The notes under the pieces were generated by a model that worked only from the letters and a program-made list of their open reading frames with translations, made no database searches and was not told the origin of the DNA. Positions 50,628 to 62,463 of a stretch of 64,000 nt of DNA are shown here, piece after piece. The DNA is taken from contig NC_068985.1 in NCBI RefSeq assembly GCF_001194135.2, positions 40,693,311 through 40,757,310 of the forward strand, given 5' to 3'. Positions within the stretch are counted from its first letter, which is position 1; every line of letters starts with the position of its first letter. A program made the position numbers and the translations under genes. This DNA is from Octopus bimaculoides (Eukaryota).

Positions 50628-51710
50628 CTGAGTATCCTGTCATTGCCAGGAAATTTTCACAATAGAATGCCTTGGTGGGCTTTCCGAATTGCACAATCAT
50701 ATAAGTTGGATTTTCTGTTTTGCTGGTGAATTTTTCACATTCCCTCTTTCCCATACCCTTGCAAATGATGGAGGGAAGGTTTTCATGAAAAAAATTGCAA
50801 ATTTATGAATCCCCAGTTCCAGACTAATTTTGTCCAATTTTTCTTTCTTCTTTTTTGCCTTTTCGGTAAAAATGATAAAAAAAAAAACAATTTTGAAAAT
50901 GTATAAATTTTTTGGAACTCCGTCCATTCAGTACTGATTTTGGCTAATGTTTTTTTTCTTTTTTTTTTTTGCCCTATGTCCTTAAAAACGACAGGCGAAG
51001 CCTTGTAGGTTAAAAAAGAATATTATATATAAAAAAGCATATCACTCATGCTGAGTGTGTGTGTGTGTTTGTCAGTGAGTGTGTATGGATGTGTGAAATA
51101 AATTTCATTAGGTTGATAAATCGATTTAAAAAAGGTATGTAAAAGAGAATTTATATCAAAGCATTCTTTTTCTTTTCTGTCAGTAAATATGATTTTCCTT
51201 TATACACACACACATATTTTAAAACTATAGTTTAAAAAAATTTCAATAAGAAGCTGAAATTTTAGGATTTATTATTTTTCTATTACGTTTCATTTTCTTT
51301 TTCGAAAATAAAGGAAGAGGAGATTGTAATGGTGATCGTTGATTTCCAAATTTATTTTAACCGCCAAGGCTTCTCTCATCGTTTTACGTGCGTAGTACAA
51401 AAAACAAAAACATTGGCTAAATCGGTACTGAAAGGGGGAGGTGAATTTGAAAAAAATTCATAAATTTTCATTTCTTTCTTTCTTTAGTAGGCGTTTCCCA
51501 TTGTTTTTAAGTGTGTAGTACAAACAAATTGGACAAAGTCGGTCCGGAAGCGGAGAATTCATAAAAAGTTTCCCCTACCCCACCCATTTGCAAGGGGGCT
51601 GGGAAAAAAATTGGAAAATCCCCGTCAAAACGGAGAAAATCCGTTTTGTGTGGGTGTGCTATTCTGAAAGTTGGCCACAGGAAATTACTCGGCAACGACA
51701 GGATACTCAG
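50628..51710. mobile_element. Putative non-autonomous DNA element with ~200-bp degenerate terminal inverted repeats
   Basis: 50628-50845 (CTGAGTATCCTGTCATTGCC...TTTGTCCAATTT) is the diverged reverse complement of 51515-51710 (AAATTGGACAAAG...GGCAACGACAGGATACTCAG). The interior is non-coding. Confidence 0.7.
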
Positions 51711-53142
51711 CTGTCTTTGTGTGTGTGTATGTCCTATGTGTTCTTCCTTTTCTTGAGATGGTAGTGTGTGAAGGGAAATTTACTGCTATTTCTGGCAGAA
51801 CGAGCGAGGATGATATTTAGTTTTTAGTTGGAATAATTTTTTAAAGGAAGGTTGTTTAACTCCCGTTAATAACGTATGTTTGTATGTGTGTGTATTTCAA
51901 AGTTCCCCCAGTATGACGTACAATCGACAAAAAATACCGCAATGTTTTGTGTGCGAGTTGTGGGAATTTCCAACTGATCGTCCGTGTTGTAGTAACTAAA
52001 CAAACAAAGCATTTGGTAAAGAAAGTTGGTGTGACTTGTGTTGTTCAGAAGCTGTGCTAAAGTACTTTTTCTTGCGAGCTGCCGAAAAGTAAGTTACATA
52101 TAACAAACTTAAATGGGATCTTGTTAACTTTCAACCAACTCAAATTCTCATCCACAGTGTAGCTAAAGCGAATAACTCGATTGGTTCAAATTACATAACT
52201 TTAAATGCTTGTAATTTCGTTAATTTCTAGGGAAATGAACGCGAAAATTCGGAGCGAATTACCGTAATCCGTCGATAAATTAGGTTTTTTAACATGTGGC
52301 TATAGAGACGTTATGGGAGAATTTGAACAAGGAGGCTTCACTGAAGTATCCGATGATGCTTAGGAGGGTGCCTAGTTATTCTCGTGCTTCGACCACGCCA
52401 TCATCCACGTAATGATTCACTGTTTTGAGGAGTTTTAGATTTCTCTTTTTTTTATTATTAATTTAGAGAATAACACCACTGTCCATTGGTACGATGTATA
52501 AGTGAAACAATGTTCACGCCTCTAGTTCCATTGGTTATTTATAGATTTTGTTTTAACTCTTTCTCTTCCTCTATTTTGGTTTTTGTTTTTCCTTTCCATT
52601 TTCTTACTGTTTACTTTTGTAAATTATGTTCTTTTTCACTAAGTATCAATGTAATCAAGAATGTGAATTGTTCAGTATAAAAAAAGAAAAAGAAAAAGTC
52701 GTTTAACTATTGCCAAAAGTTTTTGTTTTTAAACCGTTTAGAGGAGAAATAGCATCACCCATGATCCCCATTCAAGACCCTCCGAGTTTGATGAGGAGAG
52801 TTTCTCTCCAGTTCAGAGACGTGGTCTGAATGTTTGCAACTGAGTGAACCCCGTGAAATGCACCCAAGGTTACGCACTAGTATTAAACAAGGCGTCAAAT
52901 CACCATTAAAAAAAATCATAATAGTATCGTTGTATAGGTTTTAATTATTTGTTGAACAAGCTGGCAGAAAGCTTAGCGGAATTTCGTCCGTCTTTACGTT
53001 CTGAGTTCAAATTCCGCCGAGGCCGACTTTGCCTTTCATCCTTTCAGGATCAATAAATCAAGTATCAGTGAAACACTGGTGTCGATGTAATCCACTACTC
53101 TCTTTCCCCCAAATTTCAGGCCTTGTGCCTTTAATAGAAAGG

Positions 53143-53173
<31 letters not shown>

Positions 53174-53380
53174 GGATAAGCATATTAAAAGGGGTACGTG
53201 GGAAAACTCATTTAAATAAAAGTTTTGGGAACCACTGTACTACAATAACGATTCAGTGGAAAATAACAGGATGCCAACCTAGTAACTTTTAGTGTTTGCT
53301 AGGATGAATTCCCGACTACCGATTTGTATGGGGTGTGTAACCGCAGAAGCATTCAGTTATCAATATTTTCAAAAGAAGAA

Positions 53381-53562
53381 GGCGGCGTGCGAAATGCTTA
53401 GCGGTATTTCGTTTGTCTTTACGTTCTGAGTTCAAATTCCGCCGAGATCGACTTTGCCGTTCAAACTTTCGGGTTCGATAAATTAAGTACCAGTACTGAA
53501 GTAAATCTAATCGACTGGCCCCCTCCCCCAAAATTTCGGCCTTGTGTCTAGAGTTAAAAAAG
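53381..53562 (+). mobile_element. SINE family C copy, 19-bp TSD
   Basis: TSD AATATTTTCAAA[A/G]GAAGAA at 53362-53380 and 53563-53581. Another copy lies just upstream at about 52955-53140. Confidence 0.85.
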
Positions 53563-54828
53563 AATATTTTCAAAGGAAGAAAAGAAAAGAGCTTTCACTT
53601 TTTGTTTGGAAGTTGGAATTCTCAACCAATGAAAACAACTGACTCAAGGGGCTCCTGTATACACTTAGCTGTAAAATTAGAGGGTGGACTTTAAAAATCA
53701 CCACATAGAAAGTGAAAATTAGCTTAGCTAAATAACTTCAGTAAAATGTTCAATTTCTCTGCTAATGCCTTCGCTATTAAACACATTCTTCGATAAATGT
53801 AAACTCAAAGTTTTTAATAATGTCTCAAAATTTTATGTTGATAATAAACGATGAAGAGATCATTAAATAGAATAACTGAAGGTCAGGATAAAATGAAGTG
53901 ATCTCAGATGGATGGCTTTACAGGAAATGATTTGATTTAACATCTATACTGCTACAGAACTTATGTGTTTATCTAAACTATATAAGTGGGGAGATAGCAT
54001 GTATAAAAAGACGTTCTTAAGGGTTAAAGAACTAGAGTATTGAATAAGAATATGTTTACTTCTAAGTAATTGTAAAACTTCCATTTCCACCGGCCTTTTC
54101 TTTAGTCTTCAAGAGAAAGCTTTCACCTTCATTTACTTCGCAGCCAACTCCACACTGCACACACTTTGTTTTTGGCAAATCTCTTACAGTTTTATCCCTG
54201 CATCCTTCCAGGTATACAACCTTGTATACATTCATAGCTAAGTGCAAGAGTACCTTCACTAGCTTCAAACCAACAAGGCCACCAGTCATGACAGTGTCTT
54301 TCAAATACCCTCAAGCATTGCATCCAACCCTTATATTCTCCAAAATTTTCAAGGTATACCTACACAAGTGTGGCCCCTATGACTTTGTTTCTCATAACTT
54401 CCGGAAAAATGGATAATTTTTTAATGAAAGTTTCTATAAATGCATTTCAGATGATATAGATTCTGATTACATTTGTGAATTTTTGAAAAACATTTTTCCA
54501 TGGGTGGGGAGACGAATTTAGGTAAATTCATACAAGTCAGCTTTGTTTCCTCATAACATACAGAAAAATGAAGATCTTTTAATAAAATTTTCTACAAATA
54601 CCTATCAGATAATGTAGATTACCATTATATGAGACACATGAAGTGTTTAGTTGGTGCCCTCAGAGAAAATTGATGTTGAAGACATAGAATTCCCTACTTA
54701 CCGACTTGTGAACAAAAATCGCTCATAAACTGACTCAAAAACATAAGTATATGAGTATGTGTGTGTTGTTTGCTCTGCTTGCATAAATGCTTTCTACTTA
54801 TAGCCTATTCTTGGTGACCCATTTGCTG

Positions 54829-55885
54829 TTATCATCATCATCATTTAACATCTGCTTTCCACGCTGGCATGGGTTGGACAGTTTGACTGAAAACTGGTAA
54901 GCTGTACCAGGTTCCAGTTTGATTTGGCATAGTTTTAACAGCTGGATGCCCTTCCTAATGTCAACCACTCCAAGAATGTAGTGAGTGTTTTTTATGTGCC
55001 ACCAGCACACGTGCCAGTTATGTAACACTGGTATTGGTCGTGACTACAATCGTACTTGTCTTGACAAGTCTTCTCAAGCACATTTGAATGGTGCTTTTTA
55101 TGTGCCAGTTATGCAACACTGGCATCAGCCATGACTATGATTTCACTTGATTTGATGGGTCTTCTCAAGCATGGCATATTGCCAAAGATTTCCATCACTT
55201 GTCATCGCCTCTGTGAGGCCCAACGTTTGAAGGTCGTGCTTCACCACCTTATCCCATGTCTTCCTAGGTCTACCTCTTCCACAGGTTCCCTCTACTGTTA
55301 GGGTGTGATGCTTCTTCACACAGCTGTCCTCGTCCATACGCAACACATGACCATACCAGTGTAGTTGTCTCTCTTGCACACCACATCTGATGCCTCTTTT
55401 GTCCAACTTTTTTCTCAAGACACTTACACTCTGTTGTGCATGTACACTGACATTACACATCCAGTGAAGCACACTAGCTTCATTTCCTTCAAGCCGACAC
55501 ATGCTCTTGGCGGTCACAGCCCATGTAGCATGGCTGTTCATACACAGGCATCATACAATCTGCTTTTCACTCTGAGAGAGAAGCTCTTTGTTACCAACAG
55601 AGGTAGGAGCTCTCTGAACTTTACCCAGCCTATTCTTATTCTAGCAGCTATGCTCTCAGAGCATCCATCCCAGCTACTGACTTGGTCACCTACATAATAG
55701 AAGCTATCAACTACTTCTAGTTTTCCCTCCTGGCATTTGATGGAGTCTATTTTCTGTACATTTCTAGTGTTAATTGTACCTGTGCACCTTCCACACACAA
55801 AAATTATTTCCCTGTTAACCTTCCTTTGATATTGCTGCACTTCTTATGTGTCCATAGCTTACACCGGGTACATCTTATGATGGAG
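54829..55885 (-). mobile_element. 5'-truncated RTE LINE copy
   Basis: Minus ORFs with FVCGRC...LEVVDSFYYVGDQVSS...RIRIGWVKFRELLPLL and RLHWYGHVLRMDEDSCVKK...RGRPRKTW, followed by the 3' UTR and tail. Confidence 0.9.
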
Positions 55886-56594
55886 TTTCATATCATCTTT
55901 ACTGTACCTTATCTTTTATTTACAATCTTTCATTCACTTGTTTATGATGGTCGACCATCTTGTCCCATTGACTGTTGGACCTTTGAAATCCTTTGACATC
56001 CTTTAAGTGGATGAGAGATTCTTTCTCTTTTTCCTCTTTTCTCTTTCTTTTTTTTCTCCCTTTGTATTTCTCTTTCTACCCTTCCTCTATTTCAATCCCT
56101 TAAACAAATCCATTAGTTCATTACCATGTATATTTACCTTGAAATAGCATTCTCTATTCACTCTCTCAGCTGTTACCAAAATGGGAGGGTCAATATGCAT
56201 TATGTTTTATTTATGTAAAAAATCCTAAATGTTAAATTTTACTCTTAATTCACCCGAAGAAAACATTTTTTTTACACAATATAATTTTTTTGTTCATTAG
56301 TAAAAAGCACGTCTGAAATAGCTGTAGTGAACCTCAACCCATTTGTGTTATTGTTTATACTTCACCACACTCAGAACCTTCCTAGGATGGATCGTGAGCC
56401 TATAGTTGACTGTGGAATATGTGCTGGAGTGTACTCTTGTGTGATTTCGTGTATACATTGTGTATTTGGTCAATATTTGTGAATGGAGGGACAAATTCAT
56501 ATTAACTTTAGTAAGCACGTGTGTATCCGTTATTTAAACACCTTGATTCTATTGTATCCTGAAAATTTATATATATATATATATATATAAAATC

Positions 56595-57000
56595 ATCATC
56601 ACCACCGTTGTTTAATGTCTGCTTTCCATGCTAGCATGGGTTGGATGGTTTGACTGAGAACTGGCAAGCTGGGAGGCTGCATCAGGCTCCAATCTAACTT
56701 GGCAAGGCTTCTACAGCTGGATTCCCTTCCTAACACAAACCGCTCTGAGAGTGTAGAGGGTACCTTTTATGTGCCACCGGCACAGGAGCCAGTCAAGTGG
56801 CACTGGCGTCAGCCACACTTGAATGGTGCTTTTTATGTGCCACCAGCATGGATGCCAGTCAGGTAGCACTGGCATCAGCCACGACTACAATTTCACTCAG
56901 TTTAACAGGTCTTCACAAGAATGGCATATCTCCAAAGGTCTCGGTTGCTTGTCATTGCCTCTGTGAGGCCCAATGTTAGAAGGTTGTGCTCCACCACCTC
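56595..57000 (-). mobile_element. RTE LINE 3' end with 2-3 hairpin units
   Basis: Reverse complement of the family tail (CATCATC...CCATGCTAGCATGG...), the GCCAG/CTGGC units and the end of the ORF. Confidence 0.8.
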
Positions 57001-58059
57001 ATATGTATATTTATTTGCTGCCCCCCCCCCCTAGTCTTGCAAGCTACACACCAACTTCAGTAGTGTTGGCTGCATGAACAAAGCACCCTGTATGCACTGT
57101 AAAGTCATTGGCATTAGGAAGAGCATTGAGCTGCAGAAACCATGCAGACACTGGAGTATGATGTAGTCATTGGACCACCTTGGATTCTGTGAAACCATCT
57201 AATTGAAGCGAGTATAGAACATAGACATTCAATGACAATGATGTTTTATCTATCTGTCTGTCTCTCTCTCTCTATATATATATCTTTTATCTTTTACTTG
57301 TTTCAGTCATTTTGACTGTGGCCATGCTGTGGTACCACCTTGAAAGGTTTTAGTTGAACAAATTAACCCCAGGGCTTATTTTTTAAAGCCTAGAATTTAT
57401 TCTTTTCTACTCCAGGCACAAAGCCCGAAAATGTTGGGGAGGGGGTCAGTCGATTAGATTGACCCCACTATGCAACTGGTACTTAATTTATCAACCTCGA
57501 AAGGATGAATGGCAAAGTTGACTTCAGCAGAATTTGAACTTAGAACGTGAAGACAGACGAAATAACACTAAGCATTTTACCTGGCATGCTAACATTTCTC
57601 ATTTCTTTATTGCCCACAAGGAGCTAAACATAGAGGGGACAAACAAGGTCGATTACATTGACCCCAGTGCGTAACTGGTACTTAATTTAAGACCCCGAAA
57701 GGATGAAAGGCAAAGTTGACCTCTGTGGAGTTTGAACTCAGAACGTAATGGCAGATGAAATACCGCTAAGCATTTCGCCTGGCGTGCTAACTTTTCTGCC
57801 AGCTCGTCGCCTTAAGCCTAGTACTTATTCTATCAGTCTCATATATGTGTGTGTGTGCGTTTGTTTTTATGTCAATATAAAGAGAATTTAACATTAAACT
57901 GAAGGATTACTCAATACTTTGTCATAGAGTACATATTTATTGATAGTTTCAAAAGGTTGACGGTGACTTTGAAATTTCAGCTTGCTTGCTATTATCAGAC
58001 TGGTGATGGTGAGCACTCCATACCTTTATCTGTATATATATAATGTAAATATATATGTA

Positions 58060-58128
<69 letters not shown>

Positions 58129-59073
58129 NNNNNNNNNNNNNNNNNNNNNNNNNNNNNNNNNNNNNNNNNNNNNNNNNNNNNNNNNNNNNNNNNNNNNNNN
58201 NNNNNNNNNNNNNNNNNNNNNNNNNNNNNNNNNNNNNNNNNNNNNNNNNNNNNNNNNNNNNNNNNNNNNNNNNNNNNNNNNNNNNNNNNNNNNNNNNNNN
58301 NNNNNNNNNNNNNNNNNNNNNNNNNNNNNNNNNNNNNNNNNNNNNNNNNNNNNNNNNNNNNNNNNNNNNNNNNNNNNNNNNNNNNNNNNNNNNNNNNNNN
58401 NNNNNNNNNNNNNNNNNNNNNNNNNNNNNNNNNNNNNNNNNNNNNNNNNNNNNNNNNNNNNNNNNNNNNNNNNNNNNNNNNNNNNNNNNNNNNNNNNNNN
58501 NNNNNNNNNNNNNNNNNNNNNNNNNNNNNNNNNNNNNNNNNNNNNNNNNNNNNNNNNNNNNNNNNNNNNNNNNNNNNNNNNNNNNNNNNNNNNNNNNNNN
58601 NNNNNNNNNNNNNNNNNNNNNNNNNNNNNNNNNNNNNNNNNNNNNNNNNNNNNNNNNNNNNNNNNNNNNNNNNNNNNNNNNNNNNNNNNNNNNNNNNNNN
58701 NNNNNNNNNNNNNNNNNNNNNNNNNNNNNNNNNNNNNNNNNNNNNNNNNNNNNNNNNNNNNNNNNNNNNNNNNNNNNNNNNNNNNNNNNNNNNNNNNNNN
58801 NNNNNNNNNNNNNNNNNNNNNNNNNNNNNNNNNNNNNNNNNNNNNNNNNNNNNNNNNNNNNNNNNNNNNNNNNNNNNNNNNNNNNNNNNNNNNNNNNNNN
58901 NNNNNNNNNNNNNNNNNNNNNNNNNNNNNNNNNNNNNNNNNNNNNNNNNNNNNNNNNNNNNNNNNNNNNNNNNNNNNNNNNNNNNNNNNNNNNNNNNNNN
59001 NNNNNNNNNNNNNNNNNNNNNNNNNNNNNNNNNNNNNNNNNNNNNNNNNNNNNNNNNNNNNNNNNNNNNNNNN
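58129..59073. other. Assembly gap (largest of seven)
   Basis: N runs at 2108-2313, 3692-3701, 12876-13621, 20773-20782, 42872-43109, 50411-50420 and 58129-59073. Confidence 1.
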
Positions 59074-59762
59074 AATACCGCCGTTCTCTTTGAGCATATA
59101 AAAGACAAGTTTAGCTGGGGCAAAATGAGTAAGGCATAATAAGGTAAATCTCTCTTCAATTCTTCAGAATTACATTTGAAAAAAAGACTCATACACATCA
59201 ATATCCATCCCTAAACATCATTAAGATCAGAAATGCAACAAAAATTAAAAATATTTATGTCAAATGAAAGAGATGAAATTAACGAAACTCCACGAAATCT
59301 AAAAACTCGGCATAAAATATTCTCTGTAGCTTCTTCGAGATCTACCGGAATGACTCTTTTCTTGATATATTTACGCACCATGCATTTAAAGGGAAGAAAT
59401 TATTAACATTAATCATTACTCATTCTGCCCCAATTTAGACAACATTTTTTTGAGAGTTATTAAATGAAACATTACAGTGGGAAAAGATTGACTTGGAATC
59501 CAACAGAGAAAAGGATATTGATTGTTAAACATCAAAAATTATCCAGATATTTTATTAACAACTTCAATTGCAATCGGGTCAAGTTGAGGAAAAATTTCTT
59601 GAAAAAGTACCTGCCATCTGACTATGTTTCAAACTCTCAACTTTAACAACTATGCTGACTGACTTTTAACCCCAATGATGATGCAATATAATGATTTCGA
59701 GCTTGTAGAAATAGTTATGAAAAAAATCAGAAATTATTCATTCCCCCCGCTCTCTGTATGTG

Positions 59763-59804
<42 letters not shown>

Positions 59805-61369
59805 AATTTGTTTTCATTAATTTGCTAGAGTATTCTACAATAGGCTGATAGTATTAGATAAATGGAGGGTTAGTTAGCTACATCTCTAGTCAGATCGATG
59901 ATTTACTTAGCGAAGTATTTTAAATGAAAAAAAAAAAACATTCTATTTTCACGGCCCTAGTTTCGTAGCGAAAGTTTTCGTTCGTTGAAACAAGTAGGGG
60001 AGAGTCATAGAAATAAATATACTAAGAGGTGACATGTTACTCTCACTTCTGGAATTAACACTTATTCGAGGAAAATAAAGCCATTAAAATTCAGACGTGA
60101 TTAGCTTGATGGAAAAAATGAACTAGAGTTCTGATATTGAATGCATTTCCAGAAAAAGATGATCAATGAAAGCGATAAATTTAGTTTCTCAAACGAAACG
60201 GAATTTACTAAGGTTATTTTAAAGACAATGAAGTTTTTTTGGTGTGATGTCACGTCCAGAAATTTCATCGGGAAACCTGAACAGAAATCCAAATATCATA
60301 TTTGAATTTTACCGGAAATTTTGTTATACATAATTAATATGATTAAGAAAATTTATATAAATACCTTTTATTATTAACGTTATTAATTCTCCGAGAAATT
60401 CAAGATCATCTTCTATTTTATCACAAGATGAAGGAGTTGCAATACTTTGCATAGATTTCTACCAAAAATTCGAAAATTACAACTTAAAGTCTGTGGAATT
60501 CGAAAACCGTATCACGTGACTGATGCGGTTAGTTACCAAATAACAAATGATTGACTTATTAACTTCAAACTGTACGATATTATTTCCAAGACTAGCTAAC
60601 CGCTCGTCTTTAAAATAGTTGTCTGCTCGATATTGACAGTGGTGGATAGGTAGAATCCTTAGGATGGTGGGCAAATGCTATGCAGTATCATCTCGGATTC
60701 GACTATGCTTTTCATTCCTTTGGGATTGATAAAAAAAAAGGCAATGGTTGGAAATTGAAACATACTGCATAAAAGTTTTTGCAAAACAAAAAGCTACTGG
60801 GTAAAGTGAAAGCGCCGCGTTATTTTTGTTCAGCTCTACGTGATGTAAGCATTCTTTCGGTTTGACTGTCTAAAATGAAAAAATTAATATTCATTTCTTC
60901 TCGCGCGCACACACACAGACGTTTGTGTGTGTGTGAATATATGTAAGTGTTCCTATAAAATAGAGTCGGAAATTATCTAGTGCACCCAAAGCTGTGGTTT
61001 CATTGGTTTTATGCATCGTAAGTTTTCTGAATAAAAAGTTCCCCCACCCCACCACCTACAAAAATAAACGACAGTTTTAATATTTACTTATAAATGGATT
61101 TCTGATATCCACCAAACGATTTTATTTTACTGATTCCATTCTTTGTATTGCAGTCATGCTGGGGTAGTGTCCAAGAGGGTTTTTTTGTTGTTGTTGTTGC
61201 TTATATTGATCCTAGTATGCATTCTATCAATCTTTGTCCATTGATCTGCAATTTTCGGATACACCATGATAAATACACTTTCAGAAATATGTGTGTGTAT
61301 AGTTCACTGAGTTTCTACGTACCATATTCTACTTTTAAGTGAAAGTAACAAGATATTATTTGAGGTACT

Positions 61370-62080
61370 ACACGGTGAGATTAAATGAGGAACTAAAAGA
61401 TCCTGCAGTTGGGAATAGGTTTAGAGAAATTTTGACACATTTGATGACTGTTAGGAGAAAGATGTAGGCATCTGTAGCATAGATGACAACTGGAAATTTC
61501 AATGCAATAACTTGCTTAAGGTAATGTGCTGATGAAATGATACAGTTGATAGGGCAGTAAAGGCTAAAGACAAATTTGAAAAACTGGAAGGTAAGAAAGA
61601 TGGTAGGGGAGCATTATCAAATGGCTAAGCAGCTAGGCAACTGATATCTTAGGCTAAGGGTGGGCAGAAAGGAAAAGATTTGTGCATGTCATGCAACATA
61701 AAAATCAGAAGCATGAAGTGCTCAGAACTGCGAGGTAGTGGGTGAAAGAGAACAGAGACGTCATTGATAAGAAACGTATCTGGAATGCCAACAAATATGT
61801 AGAACGAAAAACTGGCATGGAAGTTCTATTATGAGAGACTTGACTGTGGAGAATGCATGTGATAAAGAGGGTATACATTATACTGACGCTACAGAAGGAC
61901 TGGCAATTCAAGTTGAAAGTAGCAAGGTAGATAAAGTGAAGGACACCAAAAGAGACAGTTGCAGAAGTGCTCAAAATATCTGGTGAGTTGAAAATATTAT
62001 CACCTGGATAATCAATCAAGTTATGCAGGAATGTGTCCTACTCAAAGACTGGCACAGTAGCATTATCACAAAGGCAAAGG
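61370..62080 (+). mobile_element. Highly degenerate RTE LINE fragment (EN-RT linker)
   Basis: Nucleotide similarity by eye to 48200-48850: the TWW.ND..D region, AWK.YYERL.VENAW, and IINCYKGKG-like segments. Confidence 0.6.
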
Positions 62081-62243
62081 AAATGCGCATAGCTTCCCTA
62101 ATCATAACCCTTAATTGGAGCCATCCTTGATCCTAAAGGGTAGCTACTCCATCCAATATTCCTCCTGTGAATGTTTGTCTAGCTCCCTAAGTGCCATTGT
62201 TTAAAACACAGTTGCTAATTAACTAACAGTATATGACATGTCT

Positions 62244-62463
62244 AAGGTGGCGAGCTAGCAGAATTGTTAGCACGCTCGGCAAAATGTTTAATGGCATTTC
62301 ATCCGTCTTTACGTTCTGAATTCAAATTCCGCCGAGGTCAACTTTGCTTTCCATCCTTTTTGGGTCGATAAAACAAGTATCTGTTGAGCACTGAGGTCGA
62401 TGTAATCGACTTAACCCCTCCACTTAAATTGCTGGCCTTCTGCCAAAAATTGAAACCAATATC
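62244..62463 (+). mobile_element. SINE family C copy, 10-bp TSD
   Basis: Full head AAGGTGGCGAGCTAGCAGAATTGTTAGC; TSD TGACATGTCT at 62234-62243 and 62464-62473. Other copies lie at about 960-1100, 4385-4565, 18975-19165, 41690-42260 (three partial) and 57404-57811 (two). Confidence 0.85.

Noticed and set aside
52141-52325. Possible small MITE with CAAATTCTC...GAGAATTTG ends
   Set aside because: Only a 9-bp match, no TSD and no second copy in the window.
54062-54416. 80-aa ORF with a CxxC motif
   Set aside because: No recognisable domain or splice sites, with overlapping ORFs on both strands; likely decayed repeat.
57949-59201. Long ORFs of 344-391 aa (also 12781-13695, 42745-43260, 2022-2389)
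   Set aside because: They consist of N-gap X residues plus microsatellite translation; artefacts of the ORF caller.
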